This document shows positions 53,229 to 58,980 of a stretch of DNA of 58,980 nt, one piece after another. Positions within the stretch are counted from its first letter, which is position 1; every line of letters starts with the position of its first letter. The notes beneath the pieces were generated by a model. That model was given only the letters and a program-made list of their open reading frames with translations, made no database searches and was not told the DNA's origin. Source of the DNA: a bacterium (GTDB taxonomy: Bacteria; Patescibacteriota; Minisyncoccia; Moranbacterales; UBA2206); contig JAURXY010000027.1 of the NCBI GenBank assembly GCA_030654225.1, positions 1-58,980 of the forward strand, written 5' to 3'. Both the position numbers and the translations under genes were made by a program.

Positions 53229-54401
53229 TTAGAACAATGTACTCGTCGCGCGAAGCGCCATGTCAACGGCGCGAATGATCACAAAACCGGAAAGCGCGAC
53301 AATTATCCCGATGACCGAATAGGTCATATTTTTTTTGGCCGTTTCAATCATTTTGTCGTTGCCTGAAGCCATCAAATATTGACCACCAGAAATAATAAAC
53401 GCGATGAAAGTAATGAGTCCCAAAATTTCGAGCATCCAACTCACAATATTCACCAAAACAACTTTCACATTTGGAGAATCCGGAATGCCCGTTTTGGCAA
53501 TCGAATCAAAATCCAATCCGCCTGCACTAGTATTAGTGTTATTGTTATTACCGGTGTTATTATTACCGCCTGAAGGAACTTTTGAAGCTAAATAGCTAGC
53601 GAACTTGCTTGCTTCTCGGCCATATACACCACCTTGAGAAATACCATTGCAATTAATTGCTGAGACTTCACCTGTCGCCATCGCTTCCATACAATCATTT
53701 TTCATTGTGTTGAGATAAGATTGCATCGTGTTACAAATAGGCGCGCCAGAATAAAAAACTTTACACTGAGCTAAAATCTTTGCATTGCTAGCTTCATCAG
53801 TATTGCATAGCCCTTGTGCTTCTCCATCACTTTGCCCTACCATACATTGCGAAGGAAGCGCAACTATCGGAGCAGTTCCACCTGAAGCAGAATTGTTATT
53901 ATTATTTACGCCTGAATTATTTACATTCGTACCTCCATCAGAAGAATTACCCACTGGATTAGAAGTCAAGCCCGATAAGGAAGTAGCTGAAGGAGTAGAG
54001 GAAACATAAACTTCACAACATTTTTGATAAAAACTGCAGGAATCTCCTGCATCAACAATTTCCGTAGCTCCTACTGGATCACAACTAAATCCCATAGCTT
54101 GGCATGTGCCAGTGCCATCCTCACCATCTCCACAAGTTGTTCTACCTTGTGCATTTTCACCGGCAGGAGGAAAATTCGGATCATAACAACAAGTTGTTTG
54201 AAATGTATTTTCATAACAATGAGATCCTACAATCATTTCTGATCCGTCTGAACAATCTCCCATTTCACATTCACCTTTTTTCCATTCTTCTTTATCATTC
54301 CAGCAAATATCCGCAGCCCAAACACTATCCACTGATAATAAAAAAACAATTGCAACTAAACTCAAGAAAAATAAATTTTTTATTTTTATATTATATTTCA
54401 T
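53229..54401 (-). CDS. secreted Cys-rich protein with a C-terminal TrbC/VirB2-like two-TM pilin domain
   Basis: Signal peptide, two Cys-rich modules separated by an Asn/Gly/Ser-rich linker, and the C-terminus EILGLITFIAFIISGGQYLMASGNDKMIETAKKNMTYSVIGIIVALSGFVII. Confidence 0.65.
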   Translation of the reverse strand: MKYNIKIKNLFFLSLVAIVFLLSVDSVWAADICWNDKEEWKKGECEMGDCSDGSEMIVGSHCYENTFQTTCCYDPNFPPAGENAQGRTTCGDGEDGTGTCQAMGFSCDPVGATEIVDAGDSCSFYQKCCEVYVSSTPSATSLSGLTSNPVGNSSDGGTNVNNSGVNNNNNSASGGTAPIVALPSQCMVGQSDGEAQGLCNTDEASNAKILAQCKVFYSGAPICNTMQSYLNTMKNDCMEAMATGEVSAINCNGISQGGVYGREASKFASYLASKVPSGGNNNTGNNNNTNTSAGGLDFDSIAKTGIPDSPNVKVVLVNIVSWMLEILGLITFIAFIISGGQYLMASGNDKMIETAKKNMTYSVIGIIVALSGFVIIRAVDMALRATSTLF

Positions 54402-54412
54402 AAAATACTTTT

Positions 54413-54826
54413 TTAGAATGATTCTCCGCTTAACATATATTGCGCCGCTTTGAAAACTACAAAACCAGAAAGACCAACAATCACACCAATAATAGAATAC
54501 AACATAGCTTTTTTAGCTTTCCCTGCCTGCGTTTCTTCTCCTGCAGCCGTGAGATACATTATCCCAGCGATGATAAAACCGATAACTGAAACTATACTCA
54601 AGATTCCAAGCATCCAATAGAGGATGCCTTCCACAATCCCATAAATTGATCCGCCAGGTAAGCCATAAGAATTGTTACTTAAACCTCCGCCACCCATACC
54701 GCCAGATCCACCAGAACCACCACTGATTACAACGCCCCAATCAATATCCAGTGCCAAAGCAATCTTTGGCAAAAGAATCATCGCGCCGACATATGCCAGC
54801 AGAAACATTTTTTTTGTCCTCTTCAT
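54413..54826 (-). CDS. TrbC/VirB2-like (T4SS-pilin-like) small membrane protein
   Basis: Signal peptide, a Gly-rich insert, and GILSIVSVIGFIIAGIMYLTAAGEETQAGKAKKAMLYSIIGVIVGLSGFVVF. Confidence 0.7.
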   Translation of the reverse strand: MKRTKKMFLLAYVGAMILLPKIALALDIDWGVVISGGSGGSGGMGGGGLSNNSYGLPGGSIYGIVEGILYWMLGILSIVSVIGFIIAGIMYLTAAGEETQAGKAKKAMLYSIIGVIVGLSGFVVFKAAQYMLSGESF

Positions 54827-54847
54827 TTTTTTTATTTTTAATTATTA

Positions 54848-55204
54848 TTAAAACATTTGCCCATTGAGCAAAAATACTGCCGCTTTGAAAATTACAAAAC
54901 CGCTGAGTCCAACAATCACTCCAAGAATTGAAAATGTCATCGCCTTTTTAGCTTTGCCAGCTTGAGTTTCATCGCCCGCCGCCGTGAGATAAAGAATTCC
55001 CGCAATTGCAAAGGCGCCAAAAGAAACCACTTCCAATATTCCCAAAGACCAAAAAACTATATTAGAAATAATTCCAAAAATCGGCGACTCGGGCATATTG
55101 AGACTCTTCACCGCCGGATCCTCCAAGTTCCATTGCGCCAAAATTTTTGTTGGCAAGAAAAAATAAGCTAAAAGAATTATAATTGATAATATTTTATTTT
55201 TCAT
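54848..55204 (-). CDS. TrbC/VirB2-like small membrane protein
   Basis: GILEVVSFGAFAIAGILYLTAAGDETQAGKAKKAMTFSILGVIVGLSGFVIF, nearly identical to the domain in 54413-54826. Confidence 0.7.
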   Translation of the reverse strand: MKNKILSIIILLAYFFLPTKILAQWNLEDPAVKSLNMPESPIFGIISNIVFWSLGILEVVSFGAFAIAGILYLTAAGDETQAGKAKKAMTFSILGVIVGLSGFVIFKAAVFLLNGQMF

Positions 55205-55225
55205 TTTATTTTTTTATTTGAAATT

Positions 55226-55310
55226 ATTCGTAGATTCGAATGTCATTCGCCCGCCTCGCGTCGACGAGCAATCGTCTTTGCGAGTCGAGGCGGGTAGATT
55301 CGCATCGCTA
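55226..55310. repeat. 85-nt hairpin element, copy 2
   Basis: ATTCGTAGATTCGAATGTCATTCGCCCGCCTCGCGTCGACGAGCAATCGTCTTTGCGAGTCGAGGCGGGTAGATTCGCATCGC. Confidence 0.8.
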
Positions 55311-55389
55311 CTAAAATTATACCACACTTTTCCAAAAAATAAAAACAACCCGTAATCCACAGGTTGTTTTCAAAAAAATATATTTTTCT

Positions 55390-55746
55390 TTAGAATCCTT
55401 TCTCTGCTCCCAGCATTCCTTTGGCAAAATTCAAAGCCACGAGACCTGCAAGGGCTACGATCACACCAAGAATAGAATACATCATAGCACTTTTAGCTTG
55501 ACCGATACGAGTTTCGTCTCCCGCGGAAGTCAAGTATAGTATTCCGGCAATCGCAAACCCTATTACTCCCACGATTCCTACAACCGCCAAAAGCCAATAC
55601 ATTATATTAGAAATAATATCCATTAGAGAACTAACTGGAAGTCCTGTTCCTGCTGGAGTAGCTAACTGAGCACTCGCCAAAGCAGGAGTCAAAATCAAAG
55701 ACATTGAAATCATTGAATACGCAGTTTTTTTAATTTTATTTTTCAT
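55390..55746 (-). CDS. TrbC/VirB2-like small membrane protein
   Basis: AVVGIVGVIGFAIAGILYLTSAGDETRIGQAKSAMMYSILGVIVALAGLV. Confidence 0.7.
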   Translation of the reverse strand: MKNKIKKTAYSMISMSLILTPALASAQLATPAGTGLPVSSLMDIISNIMYWLLAVVGIVGVIGFAIAGILYLTSAGDETRIGQAKSAMMYSILGVIVALAGLVALNFAKGMLGAEKGF

Positions 55747-55808
55747 ATTTCCACCTACCTTTCTATTTTTATTTCTCTTTTATTTTCTCTCTTTCCAATT
55801 TTCAAATT

Positions 55809-56609
55809 TTATTTCGCCATCACTCCAATCAGTCCGGCGATTTGTCTTGTCACAACCAGTGCGCTGAGGGCGACCACAATTCCGATTATCGCATAGGTGA
55901 TTATCTTTTTGCCAGAATCAATTTTCTTTTCATCACCATAAGCGGTGAGATACATTCCTCCACCAATGACTAGGGCAATTATAGCAAGAATTCCAAAAAT
56001 TGACAACAAGAAATTCAAAACATTGATGGCGATTTCTTTGATCGTGAGAGCTTTGTTCACCCAATTATCAGCCGTTCCTCCAGTGTTAGAATTAGAATTG
56101 AGAATCTCTTTGATTTGTTTCAAGAATGTCGGCGAAGCCAAAGCAATCGCGAGACCCACCGTTGCGCCCGTCCAAGTTTTTTTCGCCCGCGTCACCATCG
56201 CTTCATTGCCCGCCGAAGTCATATACATAATTCCCCCAATGATAATGAAAATCACCGCCACAATCACAATCAGTCCCATAAGATTATTCAGTAGTGAATC
56301 CAACACTTCCGAAACGCTAGTGGGCTTAATTGGATTTTTAAATTCTATTGGGGTATTAGCATCATGAATTATTTCAGCTTTACCAGCACAAACACCTAAG
56401 GCTTTCAATTCAGCACAAGTTTGACCATTTATTAGTTCTCCATTTTTACATGTTCCATCTTCCTGCGGTTCCATACAAGATACAAAATCACCCTCTGCCG
56501 TTTTACTCATACCACAGCATGCCTTTGCTGCTTGCGTTAAATTATAACTTCCCAAAAACCCCACCGCCAAAATCACACCCAGCAAAATAATTTTTATTTT
56601 TTTCATCAT
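55809..56609 (-). CDS. Cys-rich N-terminal module plus two tandem TrbC/VirB2-like domains
   Basis: AKACCGMSK...SCMEPQEDGTCKNG...TCAELKALGVCAG, then ...IIGGIMYMTSAGNEAMVTRAKK... and ...VIGGGMYLTAYGDEKKIDSGKK... Confidence 0.7.
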   Translation of the reverse strand: MMKKIKIILLGVILAVGFLGSYNLTQAAKACCGMSKTAEGDFVSCMEPQEDGTCKNGELINGQTCAELKALGVCAGKAEIIHDANTPIEFKNPIKPTSVSEVLDSLLNNLMGLIVIVAVIFIIIGGIMYMTSAGNEAMVTRAKKTWTGATVGLAIALASPTFLKQIKEILNSNSNTGGTADNWVNKALTIKEIAINVLNFLLSIFGILAIIALVIGGGMYLTAYGDEKKIDSGKKIITYAIIGIVVALSALVVTRQIAGLIGVMAK

Positions 56610-56618
56610 GTTTTTCTT

Positions 56619-56695
56619 GTCATCCTCGCGTATGCGGGGATCTAGTGTAAAAACCTAAATCTTTGCGACTGGATTCCTGCTTCCGCAGGAATGAC
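56619..56695. repeat. pair of short GC-rich hairpins (GTCATCCTCGCGTATGCGGGGATC and GGATTCCTGCTTCCGCAGGAATGAC)
   Basis: 8-bp stems ATCCTCGC/GCGGGGAT and ATTCCTGC/GCAGGAAT in an otherwise AT-rich spacer. Confidence 0.7.
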
Positions 56696-56769
56696 AAAGT
56701 TTTTTATTTTAAAATTTAAACAATTTTTATATTATTCGCACATTCGTATTAATTCGTAATTCGTAAGGA

Positions 56770-58176
56770 TTACAAATTACTCACCCTCTGCACCGCTGTC
56801 TTGATCGCATCGGAAACCGTCGCTTGACCTTTGTTGACACTGTCAATCATTTCGGCAAAAATCGATTCCACTGCTGTTGCATCTTTTTGTCGCCAACTTT
56901 TTGCCACCAAATTTCCCAGTGCGAAAACTCCAATCTTGGCATCAGTTTTTTGCAGTTCGATGAGATCGCGCCGTGCCGCCGGTTGACCGGTTTTCAGAAG
57001 AAAACTCACGGCTGGATCAAAGTTTGGATTGGTTGTTTTTCCGACTCCCGAAGTTGAAACACTGCTTCCAAAAGATCCATCTGGCTTAGCTCCAAAATAT
57101 GTCAAAAATTGCCAAGCTTCTTTTATCCTTGTGTCGTTGCTCACTGTCGGAGTATTCGGAGCAGTTTTAGAAATAGCATTTTTTCCAACCACAAACCCCC
57201 AATAATTTGCCACATTCATCGCCGGTTTATTTTCAAATTGTGGCACGCTCGCGATTCCAAAATTCAATTTTGGTGCCTTAGCTGAAACCGTGTCAATGTT
57301 CCACGAATAATTCAACATCATCGCCGTTGTGCCTTCAGAAAAAGCATCAATGGAATAATGCATATTTGTATTCCAAGTATAATTAAACGATCGCGAATCG
57401 GAAAATCTTGTATAAAAATTCAAAGCTTCTTCTCCAGGATAAACAGCGCCTCCACTCAAGCTAGCACCAGAGATAGAATCATCAAAAGAAGCCAATCCTC
57501 TTTCATCAGTCATTTTTGTTCCGTTTTGCATCATAATTAGACTCAAGATATCCGTCGCACGATTAATGTTATTTGCCGTTCCAAGAGCAGCTCCTGATTG
57601 AATTATGTTTCCCGAAGCATCCACTTGAGTAAGTTTCATCGCAGTATCGATAAATTCATTCCAAGTTTTTGGAGGAGTAGTGATGCCAGCCTGATTGAAA
57701 AGATCTTTGTTATAATAGAGTGCTAAACTATCCACCGACATTGGCACGCCATAAATTTTTCCTTCATTCACAAAATCACTCACAACCACATCCACAAAAT
57801 TATTCCTAAATTTTTGTTCTGTTATCATTTTCAAATCTGTTGGGGTGGGGGCTAGAGCAACTTTGTCAGAAAATGCCGGTACCCATGAATTATTGATCAT
57901 AAAAATATCCGGCCCTTGCCCTGTTGCCAATGCATCAAGCAATTCCTTGCGATATGAATCTACTGGAATTTTTTTATAGTTTATTTGAGCGATATTGATA
58001 TTCAACTTAGTATAATTGTCAAAAATTTCACGCATTGCCAAATCTTGGTCTAGTGGTCCCCAAACTTCTAGACTCAAATCATACAAATGAGAATTTTTCT
58101 CTTTGCAACCACAACCGGAAACAATCAAAATTGTTCCTAGGATAAAAGTTGCGATAAATATTTTTTTTATTTTCAT
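56770..58176 (-). CDS. ABC transporter extracellular solute-binding lipoprotein (family 1, sugar-type)
   Basis: LIVSGCGC lipobox. Length and pattern (GQGPDIFMINNSWVPAF, YYNKDLF) are typical of SBP_bac_1. Confidence 0.8.
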   Translation of the reverse strand: MKIKKIFIATFILGTILIVSGCGCKEKNSHLYDLSLEVWGPLDQDLAMREIFDNYTKLNINIAQINYKKIPVDSYRKELLDALATGQGPDIFMINNSWVPAFSDKVALAPTPTDLKMITEQKFRNNFVDVVVSDFVNEGKIYGVPMSVDSLALYYNKDLFNQAGITTPPKTWNEFIDTAMKLTQVDASGNIIQSGAALGTANNINRATDILSLIMMQNGTKMTDERGLASFDDSISGASLSGGAVYPGEEALNFYTRFSDSRSFNYTWNTNMHYSIDAFSEGTTAMMLNYSWNIDTVSAKAPKLNFGIASVPQFENKPAMNVANYWGFVVGKNAISKTAPNTPTVSNDTRIKEAWQFLTYFGAKPDGSFGSSVSTSGVGKTTNPNFDPAVSFLLKTGQPAARRDLIELQKTDAKIGVFALGNLVAKSWRQKDATAVESIFAEMIDSVNKGQATVSDAIKTAVQRVSNL

Positions 58177-58188
58177 AATTTTATATTC

Positions 58189-58746
58189 TTATTTTACCAA
58201 CACTAATCCGAAATGAAAATTACTCACGCTTATTTTTTTGAAAATCGATAAATCACTTTTTTCAATTATAACTGCCAGCTCATCCTGTGAAACTCGACTT
58301 TCCATCTCTGGTCCGAGCGATCGATCTCTGCTTTCCCAATCAATAAGCAAAATTTTTCCTCCAACCTTGAGCACTCTTTGTGCCTCCTCCAAAACTTCTT
58401 GCTTTTTCTTGTTTTGATAGAGCATATTGATAATAAGCACCCAATCCACATCTTCATTTTTGATCTTTGATCCTTTTTTTTCTTCTAAATTAGCCCGATA
58501 AGCATCAATATTATTCAGCCCCAGCATCTTAGCTTGGCTTTGCATTGTTTCAATTTTTGACGATTGAATATCAATTGCATACACCAGCCCATTTTCACCA
58601 ACTTTTTTTGCCACTGAAAAAGTAAAAAATCCCGTGCCACAACCAAAATGCGCCACTCGCATTCCGGGCAAAATTTCCAAACCTAAAATTATCTCCTCCG
58701 GATTTAGAAACTTAACTGCAAGATTTATTCTATTATCAAATTCCAT
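58189..58746 (-). CDS. class I SAM-dependent methyltransferase
   Basis: VAHFGCGTGFFT motif I, VYAIDIQ motif II, and LKVGGKILLIDW. Confidence 0.8.
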   Translation of the reverse strand: MEFDNRINLAVKFLNPEEIILGLEILPGMRVAHFGCGTGFFTFSVAKKVGENGLVYAIDIQSSKIETMQSQAKMLGLNNIDAYRANLEEKKGSKIKNEDVDWVLIINMLYQNKKKQEVLEEAQRVLKVGGKILLIDWESRDRSLGPEMESRVSQDELAVIIEKSDLSIFKKISVSNFHFGLVLVK

Positions 58747-58980
58747 ATTTTTATTTTTATTTTTATATTACTACTTATTATATTACAATAAATTTAGAAA
58801 TCTAACAACACCAGAATTATCCCCAAGTAAAAAATTTGATAATAAGTATATTCCAATCCTAAGATAAGCCTGAACGAGGGTCATTTTCAAAAATGGACTC
58901 ATTGAGTTAATTTGTTAATTTATGACTAATTTTTTTAAATAATTTATCCTTGGCATCCATCATCTTTTTACCAAAACTGT

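Noticed and set aside
53229-56609. Calling the pilin-like bank a type IV secretion or conjugation system
   Set aside because: No VirB4, VirD4 or VirB6, relaxase or coupling protein gene is present in the window. Only the VirB2-like module is seen.
1-58980. Alternative genetic code (UGA recoding, as in some CPR lineages)
   Set aside because: All conserved proteins (RpoB, RpoC, RecA, FtsK, PPase and others) are full length in code 11 with no in-frame TGA, and TGA terminates several ORFs at sensible positions.

Overview
This is an AT-rich, gene-dense bacterial window with about 80% of genes on the minus strand. The housekeeping backbone is rpsF-ssb-rpsR-efp, rpmB, an adk-like kinase, recA, a rodZ-like gene, ftsK, rpoC-rpoB, an ECF sigma operon, HU, rny, gpmI, clpP, tig, H+-PPase and nusA. 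It also carries three TrmB-type HTH regulators, three DUF4143-type AAA ATPases and a bank of TrbC/VirB2-like two-TM 'pilin' paralogs. That mix looks like a small-genome Patescibacteria/CPR-type organism, which is an inference. Standard code 11 fits every conserved ORF.

Three accessory stretches interrupt the backbone.
- 2.7-10.6 kb holds three tandem modules, each a TrmB regulator divergent from a short plus-strand operon with strong Shine-Dalgarno (SD) sites. One module carries a radical SAM enzyme preceded by a small ORF that copies the enzyme's RBS and first ten codons.
- 28-38 kb holds an AntA-like gene, a strong-SD three-gene operon, an ECF sigma unit, an amidase, a Panacea-type toxin-antitoxin pair and orphan genes.
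- 51.3-56.7 kb holds five pilin-like genes, two of them fused to Cys-rich ectodomains.

The non-coding DNA is unusually structured.
- GC-rich palindromic elements sit in frame inside ftsK and the H+-PPase gene.
- Four roughly 100-nt hairpin repeats lie around two tRNA genes.
- Octamer word arrays (ATTCGTAG/ATTCGCAT) fill many intergenic regions.
- A second word (TCTGTGTCATTCTGT) has expanded in frame inside ftsK and nusA.
- A G11 tract sits in a promoter spacer.

The best candidate for an undescribed system is the TrmB-controlled small-peptide plus radical SAM pair at 4449-5708, within the triplicated TrmB module array. Everything was read by eye with no database search. Non-CDS coordinates are accurate to about +/-3 nt.
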